A stretch of DNA of 29,103 bases from Octopus sinensis. Its lineage: Eukaryota. The DNA is taken from positions 1 through 29,103 of the forward strand of contig NW_021832942.1 in NCBI RefSeq assembly GCF_006345805.1, read 5' to 3'. The translations under genes and the position numbers were made by a program. The notes below the pieces were generated by a model. The model had not been told where the DNA came from. It searched no databases and saw only the letters and a list, made by a program, of their open reading frames with translations. Of the stretch, positions 1 to 12,140 are shown one piece after another; position 1 is the stretch's first letter; every line of letters starts with the position of its first letter.

Positions 1-50
1 CCCACTCCTACACCTATATATATATATATAATATATTATATATATATATT

Positions 51-620
<570 letters not shown>

Positions 621-878
621 GGTACATTACAAACCAAAAATAAAACCCAAACTTTTTCCTTGTTAAATGGATTCTGATAAAAGTTCAATTTTGAAAATAA
701 AGGGACATAACTGAATGTCGTAATGAATTATTTTCGCCGGTTTTCTCCCTTTAACCTGTAAAGACACTGTTTCTTATAAATTTAGTTCAAAGTTTTCTCC
801 ACAAATAAATATATATTTATTCGTTGTTGGTACATTAAAAAACAAAAATGAAAGCGAAACCTTTTCTTTTTCCTCCAG

Positions 879-956
879 GTATGGCCTTAAAGTGGACGTC
901 TGGGCTGCAGGGGTCATAACATATATCTTACTTCGTGGATTCCCTCCATTTGTCAG
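879..956 (+). CDS. DCLK: Doublecortin-like kinase, internal exon (kinase subdomain IX)
   Basis: Polypyrimidine tract and AG at 877-878, GT donor at 957. Translates (G)[25 protein letters not shown](S), closely matching the DCLK motif [25 protein letters not shown]. Confidence 0.93.
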
Positions 957-1012
957 GTCAGTTCCTTACACACACACATGCACATTGATGGTCTTCTATG
1001 TGTAAAATTTCT

Positions 1013-1452
1013 ACATACATACATACTACATACATACATACATACATACATACATACATACACAAATACATACATACATACATACATACATACATACATA
1101 CATAGATACATACATACATACATACATACATACGTACGTACGTACGTACGTACATACATACATACATACATACATACAGATACATTCATAAATACATACA
1201 AACATACACACATACATACATACACACATGCTTACATATATTTATACATACATGCACACAAACATACATACTTACATACATACATACATACATATACATA
1301 CGTACACACATACATACATACACACATGCATAAATACATACATACATACATACATACGTGCATACATGCATACATACATACATACATATATACATACATA
1401 CATACATACATACATACATACCATACTACATACATACATACATACATACATA
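1013..1452. repeat. (TACA)n microsatellite with a short (CGTA)n segment
   Basis: Direct reading of the tetranucleotide tract. It explains the spurious MYVC and HTYI ORFs. Confidence 0.97.
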
Positions 1453-1545
1453 TCAATGGAAATTGTAGCTGTGATACCAGTGGCGGTGGCACGTAAGAAA
1501 ACCTTCCGAACATGGCCGTCATATATTTATATATATATATACATA

Positions 1546-1888
1546 TATACGACAGGCTTCTTTCAGTTTCCGTCTACCAAATCCACTCACAAGGCTTTGG
1601 TCGGCCCGAGGCTATAGTAGAAGACACTTGCCCAAGATGTCACGCAGTGGGACTGAACCTGGAACCATGTGGTTGGCTAGCAAGCTACTTACCACACAGC
1701 CACTCCTACACCTATATATATATACGACAGGCTTCTTTCAGTTTCCGTCTGCTTTATTCACTCACAAGGCTTTGGTCGGCCCGAGGCTTTAGCAGAAGAC
1801 ACTTGCCTAAGGTGCCACGCAGTGGGACTGAACCCGGAACCATGTGGTTGGTAAGCAAGCTACTTACCACACAGCCACTCCTGCGCCT
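1546..1888 (-). mobile_element. Two tandem SINE family 1 5' halves
   Basis: Copies at about 1546-1713 and 1721-1888 with the same head and central domain as 51-620. Confidence 0.88.
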
Positions 1889-1968
1889 ATAAAGAAGAAA
1901 ACGTACAAATTTGCAAAAGATATTCATAACTGAATTATGGCTTTTAATGTTGAAATTTCTTTTTCTAG

Positions 1969-2065
1969 TCCAAGCAACAACCAAGAAGAATTATTTGACA
2001 AGATCCTAAGTGGACATTTTGAATTCATTTCACCATTCTGGGACGAGGTTTCGAGTTCCGCGAAG
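1969..2065 (+). CDS. DCLK: Doublecortin-like kinase, internal exon (subdomain X)
   Basis: ttttctAG acceptor and GTAAGA donor. Phase is compatible with the previous exon. Translates (S)PSNNQEELFDKILSGHFEFISPFWDEVSSSAK. Confidence 0.95.
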
Positions 2066-2087
2066 GTAAGACCCACGTATACACATA

Positions 2088-3403
2088 CTCTTTTACTCTT
2101 TTACTCTTTTACTTGTTTCAGTCGTTTGACTGCGGCCATGCTGGAGCACCGCCTTTAAGCGAGCAAATCGACCCCCGGGACGTATTCTTTGTAAGCCCAG
2201 TCTCTTTTGTGACGGGCACGTAAACACACCAGCATCGGTTGTCAAGCAATGCTAGGGGGACAAACAGAGACACAAACCTATATATATACATATATACGAA
2301 GGGCTTCTTTCAGTTTCCGTCTACCAAATCCACTCTCAAAGCATTGGTCGGCCCGAGGCTCTAGCAGAAGACATTTGCCCAGTATGCCATGCAGTGGGAC
2401 TGAACAGAGGACCATGTGGTTGGTAAGCAAGCTACTTACCACACAGCCATTCTTCTGCCTATATATATGTTATTTTATTTTACTTGTTTCAGTCATTTGA
2501 CTGCGGCCATGCTGGAGCACCATCTTTTAGTCGAGCAAATCGACCCCAGGATTTATTCTTTGTAAGCCCAGTACTTATTCTATCGGTCTCTTTTGCCGAA
2601 CCGCTAAATGACGGGGACATAAACACACCAGCATCGGTTGTCAAGCAATGCTAGAAGGACAGAGACACACAAACATATACACACACGCTTATATATATAT
2701 ACATATATACGACGGGCTTCTTTCAGTTTCCGTCTACCAAATCCACTCACAAGGCTTTTGTCGGCCCGGGGCTATAGCAAAAGACACTTGCCCAAGATGC
2801 CACGCAGTGGGACTGAACCCGGAACCATGTGGTTGGTAAGCAATCTACTTACCACACAGCCACTCCTGTGCCTATATATATGTTATTTTATTTTACTTGT
2901 TTCAGTCATTTGACTGCGGCCATGCTGGAGCACCGCCATTTTAATCGAGCAACTCGACCCCGGGACTTATTTTTTGTAAGCCCAGTACTGATTCTATCGG
3001 TCTCTTTTGCCGAACCGCTAAGTGACGGGAACGTAAACACACCAGCATCGGTTGTCAGGCAATGCTAGGGAGACAGACACGGACACACAAACACACACAC
3101 ACATACATATATACATATATACGACGGGCTTCTTTCAGTTTCTGTCTACCAAATCCACTCACAAGGCTTTATATATATATATATATATATATACTCTTTT
3201 ACTCTTTTACATGTTTCAGTCATTTGACTGCGGCCATGCTGGAGCACCGCCTTTAGTCGAGAAACTCGACGTCGGGACTTATTCTTTGTAAGCCCAGTAC
3301 TTATTCTATCAGTCTATTTTGCCGAACCGCTACGTTACGGGGACGTAAACACACCAGCATCGGTTGTCAGCTATGTTGGGGGACAATACACACACACAAT
3401 CCA

Positions 3404-3434
<31 letters not shown>

Positions 3435-3612
3435 TATACATATAATATACATATAAACGACGGGCTTCTTTCAGTTTCCGTCTACCAAATCCACTCACAA
3501 GATTTTGTTCAGCCCAAGCTTTAGAAGATACTTGCCCAAGATGCCACGCAGTGGACTGAACTCGGAACCATGTGGTTGGTAAGCAATCTACTTAACACAC
3601 AGCCACTCCTAC
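2088..3612 (-). mobile_element. Four head-to-tail SINE family 1 copies (about 370-420 bp) with (TAAAAGAG)n tails
   Basis: Copies at about 2088-2460, 2477-2873, 2890-3168 (head lost) and 3192-3612. Minus-strand order is head, central domain, TA/TG microsatellite, 3' region, tail. Confidence 0.88.
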
Positions 3613-3672
3613 GACTATACTATGCCCTAGGTATACTTGATAGACATTAATATCCCATGTGTAATAATTGTA

Positions 3673-4021
3673 TATTTCTTTATTGCCCACAAGGCTAAAC
3701 ATAGAGGGGACAAACAAGGACAGACAAAGGGATTAAGTCGATTATATCGACCCCAGTGCGTAACTGGTACTTTATTTATCGACCCTGAAATGATGAAAGG
3801 TAAAGTCGACCTCGGCGGAATTTGAACTCAGAACGTAACAGCAGACGAAATACCTATTTCTTTACTACCCCCAAGGGCTAAACACCGAGAAGACAAACAA
3901 GGACAGACAAACGGATTAAGTCGATTATATCGACCCCAGTGCGTAACTGGTACTTTATTTATCGACCCTGAAATGATGAAAGGTAAAGTCGACCTCGGTG
4001 GAATTTGAACTCAGAACGTAA
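3673..4021 (-). mobile_element. Head-to-tail dimer of 5'-truncated SINE family 3
   Basis: Copies at 3855-4021 and 3673-3854. The minus strand reads GAGTTCAAATTCC (B box-like), GAGGTCGACTTTACCTTTCATC, and ends ...TTGTGGGCAATAAAGAAATA in the 3673-3854 copy. Confidence 0.8.
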
Positions 4022-4057
4022 TGATTTGAAATATTTTCTTTCTTTTTTTTTATACAG

Positions 4058-4138
4058 GACTTGATTGAACACATGCTTCAGGTAGATCCAGAAATGAGGT
4101 TCTCCGCTGCCGAGGTTTTGGACCATCCTTGGGTTGCT
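4058..4138 (+). CDS. DCLK: Doublecortin-like kinase, internal exon (subdomain XI)
   Basis: T-rich tract, tacAG acceptor, GTGAGT donor, 81 bp phase 0. Translates [27 protein letters not shown]. Confidence 0.95.
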
Positions 4139-4184
4139 GTGAGTTTATTTAGAACCTTTTTGAGATACAGCTTTCTGTGTTAAG

Positions 4185-4707
4185 AGAGAGGGAGGGAGAA
4201 AGAGAGAGAGAAAGAGAGAGAGAGGGAGAGAGAAAGAGAGAGAGAGAGAAGAGAGAGAGAGGAGAAGAGAGAGAGAGAGAGAAAAAGGGAGAGAGAGAGA
4301 GGAGAGAGAGAAAGAGAGAGAGAAAGAGAGAAAGAGAGAGTTAAAGAGAGAGAGAAAGAGAGAGAGAGAGAAGAGAGAGAGAGAAAGAGAGAGAGAAAGA
4401 GAGAGAAAGAGAGAGTTAAAGAGAGAGAGAAAGAAGAGAGAGAGGAGAAGAGAGAAGAGAAGAGAGAGAAAGAGAGAGAAAGAGAGAGTTAAAGAGAGAG
4501 AGAAAGAGAGAGAGAGAGAAGAGAGAGAGAGAAGAGAGCGAGAGAGAGAAAAAGGGAGAGAAAAAGAGAGAGAGAAGGGAGGAAGAAGAGAAGAGAAAGA
4601 GAGAAGAAAAGAGAAGAAAGAGAGTGAGGAGAGAGAGAAGAATAGGAAGAAGAAGAGAAGAGAAGAGAGAGAGAGAGAAGAGAGAGAGAGAGAAAAAGGG
4701 AGAGAAA

Positions 4708-4763
<56 letters not shown>

Positions 4764-4983
4764 AACAGAGAGACGGAGAGAGAGAGGGAGAGAGAGGGGG
4801 AGATAGAATGAGAGAGAGAAAGAGAGGAGAGAGAGAAGAGAGATAGAGAGAGAGAGAGAGGGAGAATGAGAGAGCAAGAGAAAGCGGGAGAGAGAATGAG
4901 AGAGAGAAAGAGAGATAGAAAGAGAGAGAAAGAGAGAGAGAGAAAGAGAGAGAGAGAAAGAGAGAGAGAGAGGGAGAGAGAGA
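4185..4983. repeat. About 800 bp (GA)n/(GAAA)n purine tract
   Basis: Almost pure purine run on the + strand. Confidence 0.97.
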
Positions 4984-4984
4984 A

Positions 4985-7217
4985 TAGCGCGCGTCTACGA
5001 TAAATCTACGATTTAAGAAAAAAAAATACCATCATTTTTCCCCATTTTTATTGCATTTTTTTGCTATTTTTTTGGCTATAACTCTCTAAAAATGCTTATA
5101 TGGTTATTTCCCTTACAAACCCGAGCAACGCCGGGCGATACTGCTAGTTATATATAAAAATGAAGTTGTGTCAGACTCTGTCTCTTCTGATTTAGATTCC
5201 TAACTACTCCCACATTTTGCGGTGCAATTTAACCAAAACCGGGTATCTTATAGTCGTGATTCATATCGAGCCCTTCTGGGTATTAGCGCCCGTCTACGAT
5301 TAAAAAAAAAAATTACCATAATTTTTTCCCATTTTTAATGCATTTTCTTGCTATTTTTTCGCTATAACTCTCTAAAAATGCTTACATAGTTATTTCCCTT
5401 ACAAACCCGAGCAACGCCGGGCGATACTTCATAACGAGCCCTTCTGGGTATTAGCGCGCGTCTACGATAAGTCTACGATTTAAAAAAAAATTACCATAAT
5501 TTTTCCCCATTGTTAATGCATTTTCTTGCTATTTTTTCGCTATAGCTCTCTAAAAATGCTTATATAGTTATTTCCCTTACAAACCGAGCAACGCCGGGCG
5601 ATACTGCTAGTCTTTATATATAAAAGTGAGGTTGTGTGCTGTCTGTCTCATACGATTTAGATTCCTAACTACTCCCACATTTTGCGGTGCAGAGTAACCA
5701 AAAGCGGGTATCTTATAGTCGTGATTCATATCGAGCCCTTCTGGGTATTAGCGCGCGTCTACGATGAGTCTACGATTTTAAAAAAATTACCATTATTTTT
5801 TCCATTTTAATGCATTTTTTGCTATTTTTTGGCTATAACTCTCTAAAAATGCTTATATAGTTATTTCCCTTACAACCCCGAGCAACGACGGGCGATACTG
5901 CTATTCTTTATATATAAAAGTGAGGTTGTGTGCTGTCTGTCTCATACGATTTAGATTCCTAACTACTCCCACATTTTGCGGTGCAGTGTAACCAAAAGCG
6001 GGTATCTTATAGTCGTGATTCATATCGAGCCCTTCTGGGTATTAACGCGCGTCTGCGATGAGTCTACGATTTTAAAAACAATTTACCATCATTTTCTTCA
6101 TTTTAATGCATTTTTTCGTTATTATATAAGGGAAGTAACTCTCTAAAAATGTCTACGATGAGTCAACGATTTAAAAAAAATTTACCATCATTTTTCCCCA
6201 TTTTTAATGCATTTTCTTGCTATTTTTTCGCTATAACTCTCTAAAAATGCTTATATGGTTATTTCCCTTACAAACCCGAGCAACGCCGGGCGATACTTCA
6301 TAACGAGCCCTTCTGGGTATTAGCGCGCGTCTACGATAAGTCTACTACGATAAAAAAAAATTACCATCATTTTTTCCCCATTTTTAATATGCATTTTCTT
6401 GCTATTTTTTTGCTATAACTCCTCTAAAAATGCTTATATGGTTATTTCCCTTACAAACCCGAGCAACGCCGGGCGATACTTCATAACGAGCCCTTCTGGG
6501 TATTAGCGCGCGACTACTACGATAAGTCTACGATTTTAAAACATTACCATCATTTTTTCTTTTTTCCCATTTTTAATGCATTTTCTTGCTATATTTTGGC
6601 TATAACTCTCTAAAAATGCTTATATGGTTATTTCCCTTACAAACCCGAGCAACGCCGGGCGATACTTCATAACGAGCCCTTCTGGGTATTAGCGCGCGTC
6701 TACGATAAGTCTACTACTACGATTTTAAAAAATTACCATCATTTTTCCCCATTTTTAATGCATTTTCTTGCTATTTTTTGGCTATAACTCTCTAAAAATG
6801 CTTATATGGTTATTTCCCTTACAAACCCGAGCAACGCCGGGCGATACTTCATCACGAGCCCTTTGGGTATTAGCGTCTACGACGTCTACGATAAGTCTAC
6901 GATTTTAAAAAATTACCATCATTTTTTCCCCATTTTTAATGCATTTTCTTGCTATATTTTGGCTATAACTCTCTAAAAATGCTTATATGGTTATTTTCCT
7001 TACAAACCCGAGCAACGCCGGGCGATACTTCATAACGAGCCCTTCTGGGTATTAGCGCGCGTCTACGATAAGTCTACGATTTTAAAAAAAATACCATCAT
7101 TTTTTCCCCATTTTTAATGCATTTTCTCTATTTTTTTCGCTATAACTCTCTAAAAATGCTTATATGGTTATTTCCCTTACAAACCCGAGAAAACCCGCCG
7201 GCCGGCGATACTTCTAG
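4985..7217 (+). mobile_element. Tandem array of a non-autonomous Helitron (full units about 295 bp, short units about 183 bp)
   Basis: Units end in the GC-rich hairpin CCCGAGCAACGCCGGG followed by CGATACTGCTAG. A CTAG|TC head-to-tail junction lies at 5610/5611 (5' end TCTTTATATATAAAAG). The last CTAG (7214-7217) is followed by T. About ten 3' ends were counted. Confidence 0.75.
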
Positions 7218-7251
7218 TAAATAATAATTTTCTTTTCTCCTAATTTCCTAG

Positions 7252-7353
7252 AATGACACTACTGCGAAAGATAACAAATTACATGTGGCCAAGGAATTGA
7301 ACCAATATTTCACACGTACCAAAAAACCAAAAGATGGTTTGGCAGTCATAGCA
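7252..7353 (+). CDS. DCLK: Doublecortin-like kinase, C-terminal tail exon
   Basis: ttcctAG acceptor, GTAAGT donor, 102 bp phase 0. Translates NDTTAKDNKLHVAKELNQYFTRTKKPKDGLAVIA. The end resembles vertebrate DCLK1 GVSVIA. Confidence 0.85.
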
Positions 7354-7527
7354 GTAAGTGAAAATTCTTCAAATATGTGAAAAGACAAATTTTTTTTAAA
7401 TATTTTTAAAATCTGAGATCGGAGTTCGATCCTGTGTATCTTCTTTCATAGAACCATAATTTTTGGATATGTCTGGATGAATTAGGAATTGAATTATAAG
7501 CAGAACAATCTGTAGATTGTATTCTGT

Positions 7528-7528
7528 G

Positions 7529-7573
<45 letters not shown>

Positions 7574-7625
7574 ATCTATCTATCTGTCTATCTGTCTATC
7601 TGTCTATCTATCTATCTATCTATCT

Positions 7626-7658
<33 letters not shown>

Positions 7659-7697
7659 ATCTATCTATCTATCAATCTATCTATCTATGTATCTATC
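7528..7697. repeat. (ATCT)n microsatellite, left of the Tx1 LINE
   Basis: Direct reading. Confidence 0.97.
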
Positions 7698-10600
7698 AAA
7701 CAGAAGGGGATGCAATGCCTCAGAGACCTGCTCAGACGATTCCAACTGTCTGACAGGTACCGACTCGACCACCCAAATGCACCAACGTGGACATGGAGCA
7801 ACCGCAGTGGGTCGTCGAGATCGTATCTAGATAAGATACTGTGTAGGACAGTAGACAAGGATAACTTAGGATGTCCACAATTCCACACAGTCAGCTACAC
7901 GGATCACAAATTGGTGACGTGTACGCTAGACTTAGATAAGGCACATAGACAGGGTCCTGGGTACTGGAAACTGAACGCCTCATTCCCGTCCAGACAAGTT
8001 TTCAGAGACCGGATTAGCACACAAGTAAAGAGGGCTTTGACGGGAGCCATCATCAACAACAAATGGTGGTTTGCCCTCAAGAGAGCAGTAAAAGCAGAAG
8101 CGATTAGGTACAGCAAAGCACTAGCCATAGATAGAAATAGAGTAGAGGGTGAGCTAGTTAAGAAGCTAGAAGAGGCAATTAGAAGCGGCATCGCATCCGA
8201 CGTTTTGGCGGCGAGGTTGGCCCTCGACCAACACTTCAACGCCAAACACGAAGGATGTGCTGTCAGAGCTAGGATGCGTGCTCTAAGGAACGAAGGTGTT
8301 GGAGCCGCGAGAGAGGCCCGGGTGGCAGAGGCGCAACAGGGCAACAAAGCCACCATTCGGTCACTGGTAGATGAACAGGGGCGCGAATTGCTCGAGCCAA
8401 GTAAAATGTGTGAGGCCTTTCAGCAGCATTTTGCCCGACTGTTCGGAACGAGTGGATGGCAAGAACGTAGGGTGGACTTCAGTGCCTACCTACATAGCCT
8501 GCCACGACTCTCGACAAGAAAGGCAGGGTGCTGCGAAGGTGCCATCACGGCGGCGGAAGTGCAGGAAGCGATAGCAGAATGCTCGAGGGACAAATCACCG
8601 GGTTTGGATGGTCTACCCTACGAGTTTTACAATTGTATGCCAGACTTGTTTGAAGACGTCTTGGCAGCGGTATACTACAACTGGCAGCAAGACGGGAGCA
8701 TACCCGGTTTTGTGAGTCGAGGAGCTGTAACTCTGCTGAAGAAAGATCCAAACAAGGGAAACATTATAGATAACTTTAGACCAATCACGCTGCTCAATGC
8801 AGACCTGAAAATTTTGACAAAGGTGTTAGCCAAGAGGTTGGCGCTTGTCATCGAGAAACTGGTCGACAACGCACAAACATGCGCCGTGCCGGGCCGGAGC
8901 ATCCATGACAACCTCCATCTGATGCGCTACATCATAGACAGGGTAGTTAACGAACCTGGCATGGGTGGGGCCCTGATCAACTTGGATCAATCGAAAGCCT
9001 TTGATAGGGTAGACCATCGATACTTGGAGGCAGTCCTGAGAGCGGCTGGTTTCGGTCCCGTTTTCCGCGGCTGGATAGCTGCCTTGTACAGAGCAATCCG
9101 TTCGGTAATTCGCGTAAATGGACATCTATCGAGACCTTTCGACATTGCACGTTCGGTCCGTCAGGGATGCCCCCTCTCGGCGCTTCTATACGTATTGACT
9201 CTTGAGCCACTACTGCGGAAGCTGGCGACTCTAAGGGGCATCCCGCGAGAATTGGGATGCGGGACGAGCGTGTCTGCATACGCGGACGACGTCACCGTCA
9301 TAGTGTCAAGCCACGAGCACATCGAGCGGGTCGGCGAGACACTGAAAGACTACGAAGCGGTGACAGGAGCAAAAATTAACCGGGAAAAGTCAGTGGGCTT
9401 GTGGCTCGGCACCTGGAGAAGCAAGCCCATGCCGTCCACCAGTACCTCCGTCGTGGGACGCTGGACAGACGGCCCGGTTGAGTTGCTCGGGGTCTGGTTC
9501 GGTCCGGACCTCCAAATGGAGAAGAACTGGAACGAGATAACGAGTAGGGTGGTCACTCTCGCCCAGCAATGGGCCGAGAGGAAACTGTCCCTAAAAGGTC
9601 GGGCGGAGGTGGTGAACGCGTACATCGCGTCCATCATCTACTACCGCCTGACAGTCGTACCTTGTCCCGACCCTACCATCACCAAACTAGAACGCATCCT
9701 CTTCCGCTTCTTGTGGAAAGGATGCGTCCCGATGGTCAGGCGATCCATTTGCTGTCAACACCCGTTAAAAGGAGGGCTGGGCATGCCGTGGTTGATGATG
9801 CGCAGACACGCGCTGAGACTGTGACATCCCCGGCTCTATGTAGACGACGGTGAACAGGTGTGGTCGCCGTTTGTGAGGCACGCATTCCCGCAACTCGTCT
9901 CCATGACCGAACTACAGTCGTGGATCAAAAAGAGGCCGAGGAAGGGCGAATGGCACCGCGAGTGTCGCGTTGCTCTCAAGCAACTCTGCCGTCCCGGGTC
10001 GACCTTGAGTGACTTCAACACAACCAAAGCATTCTATAGGGGATTAGTGGAGGAGAGGTAGGACGACGAGCTCGGGGCAAACCTGGGCGTCGACGAGGAA
10101 TACCTGACCCGCCTGTTTCAAACGACTTTCGGCCCGGGACCTATGGACAACTTCCAGAGATCCCTGGCCTGGCGGTGCTACCGAGAAGCGCTACCCGTTC
10201 GGGATAAGCTCTATAGGCATGGCTCGAGAAACACGGGGCCGACCTGCCCGAGATGCGGGCAGAGCGACGAAACCGCTCTGCACGCAATCGTGCAGTGTCC
10301 AGCAATTTCCGACCTGTGGGCTTATGTCGAACGACTGCTGTCACGTGTGGGACGTGTCGGTTTATCAGCCGAGTCTATCGTTAATATCGTCACGCCTCCT
10401 TCTTTCAAACGGGAAGGAAGAGCTAATTTTATCATACTTGTGGCTATGGCGAAAGAATGTATCTGGTGGACGCGCCTGAAAGGATTGGAGACAAACACTT
10501 TCCTCTCTGGTCAATCTCTCATCAACTTCTTCAAGTATCACTTGAAGAGGAAGTGAGAGAAGAGAGGCAAGTTTTGTCTAGTGAATGTTTTAAAAAAAGA

Positions 10601-11029
10601 TGGGTGAATGTAGGAAGGATGGCACGTATGAATGACGAAGCCACTTGACTATGATTCTATGAACCATAAAAATTAATACAGAGAGTTGCTTATTTGCAAA
10701 AAAAAAAAAAAAAAAGAAATATACATGTGACTTCATTGACCGAGGTTACCGTGGTCTTTTCCGTAGGCTTTTCTTTCCACGGGTAAACCTCACCTGTCCT
10801 CCCCTTTACACTTCATATTGACATTTCTGTGATAACGATCCCTATTATTCATTTTTTTTCTCTCCCCCCCTTTTTTTAACCCCTCCCCTTTTTTTTGTCC
10901 TTTTTCTTTCCTTTTACGATCCCTTTTGATCGAAAACCACCACTCTCCTTTTTTTTACCCCCAAAAGAAAAGCTCTACCTTGTAATTTGTTCTATCTGTG
11001 TGCAGCCCTATGTGGCTAATAAAGAAACA

Positions 11030-11030
<1 letters not shown>
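7698..11030 (+). mobile_element. 5'-truncated Tx1/L1-clade non-LTR retrotransposon (ORF2 remnant plus 3' UTR)
   Basis: Endonuclease C-terminus (SYLDKIL, YTDHKLV) and WKLN. RT motifs KSPGLDGLPYEFY, FRPITLLN, LDQSKAFDRV, VRQGCPLS and AYADDV, then GGLG and a CCHC knuckle CPRCGQSDETALHAIVQC. One frame from 7698 with single in-frame stops at 9822-9824 and 10059-10061 and a frameshift near 10553; natural stop about 10646-10648. AATAAA at 11018-11023. Confidence 0.92.
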
Positions 11031-11099
<69 letters not shown>

Positions 11100-11133
11100 G
11101 CTAGCTAGCTAGCTAGCTAGCTAGCTAGCTATC

Positions 11134-11230
<97 letters not shown>

Positions 11231-11231
11231 C

Positions 11232-11275
<44 letters not shown>

Positions 11276-11403
11276 GTCTGTCTGTCTCTCTGTCTGACTG
11301 TCTATCTGTCTGTCTGTCTGACTGTCTGTCTATCTGTCTATCAATCTATCTGTCCATCTGTCTATCTGTCTGTCTGTCTATCTATATCTGTATTCTCTGT
11401 CTG

Positions 11404-11440
<37 letters not shown>

Positions 11441-11473
11441 GTCTGTCTGTCTGTCTGTCTGTCTGACTGTCTA

Positions 11474-11507
<34 letters not shown>

Positions 11508-11524
11508 AATCTATCTGTGCATCC

Positions 11525-11566
<42 letters not shown>

Positions 11567-11786
11567 TCTATCTATCTGTCTGTCTGTCTGTCTGTCTGTC
11601 TGTCGTCTGTCTGTCTATCTGTCTATCAATCTATCTGTCTGTCTGTCTATCTGTCTGTCTGTCTGTATCTATCTATCAATCTATCTATCTGTCTGTCTTA
11701 TCTATGTATCTATATATGTATCTATCTATCTATCTATCTATCTGTCTGTCTGTCTATCTATTTATCTATCTATCTATATCTATCTT

Positions 11787-11817
<31 letters not shown>

Positions 11818-11888
11818 CTATCTATCTATATCTATCTATCTATCTATATCATATCTATCTATCTATCTATCTATCTATTATCTATCTA

Positions 11889-11948
<60 letters not shown>

Positions 11949-11957
11949 ATCTATCTA
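11031..11957. repeat. (ATCT)n/(GTCT)n microsatellite including a (CTAG)n segment near 11097-11130
   Basis: Direct reading. Same orientation as 7528-7697. Confidence 0.97.
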
Positions 11958-12133
11958 TCCGCTCAGTCGAAGTTGACTCTCTGTTACTCGTTGGATCAGT
12001 GTCCCCCAGGCATTTCTATCCTTGGTCGCTTCTTTCAGGTTGGCTATGTCCATTCCTGTGTCACTCTGATGGTGTCAAGCCAACTTGGTGTTGCCACTGA
12101 CCATTCCGAGCATGATGTCCTTCTCCAGGAATT
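11955..12133 (-). mobile_element. 3' end of an RTE/BovB-like LINE with a (GATA)n tail
   Basis: The minus strand translates [55 protein letters not shown], resembling the BovB C-terminus LEKTLMLGKIEG..WLD..DREAWRAAVHGVAKSRTRLSD*. The stop codon TAG runs straight into the GATA repeat. Confidence 0.82.
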
Positions 12134-12140
12134 TTCTTGT

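Noticed and set aside
4416-4877. 153 aa Leu/Ser ORF and 60 aa Arg/Glu ORF
   Set aside because: Both are products of the (GA)n tract.
7904-9637. Several minus-strand and alternative-frame ORFs over the Tx1 LINE
   Set aside because: They are shadow ORFs of a GC-rich coding sequence with no recognisable domains. The same applies to those over 24623-26392.
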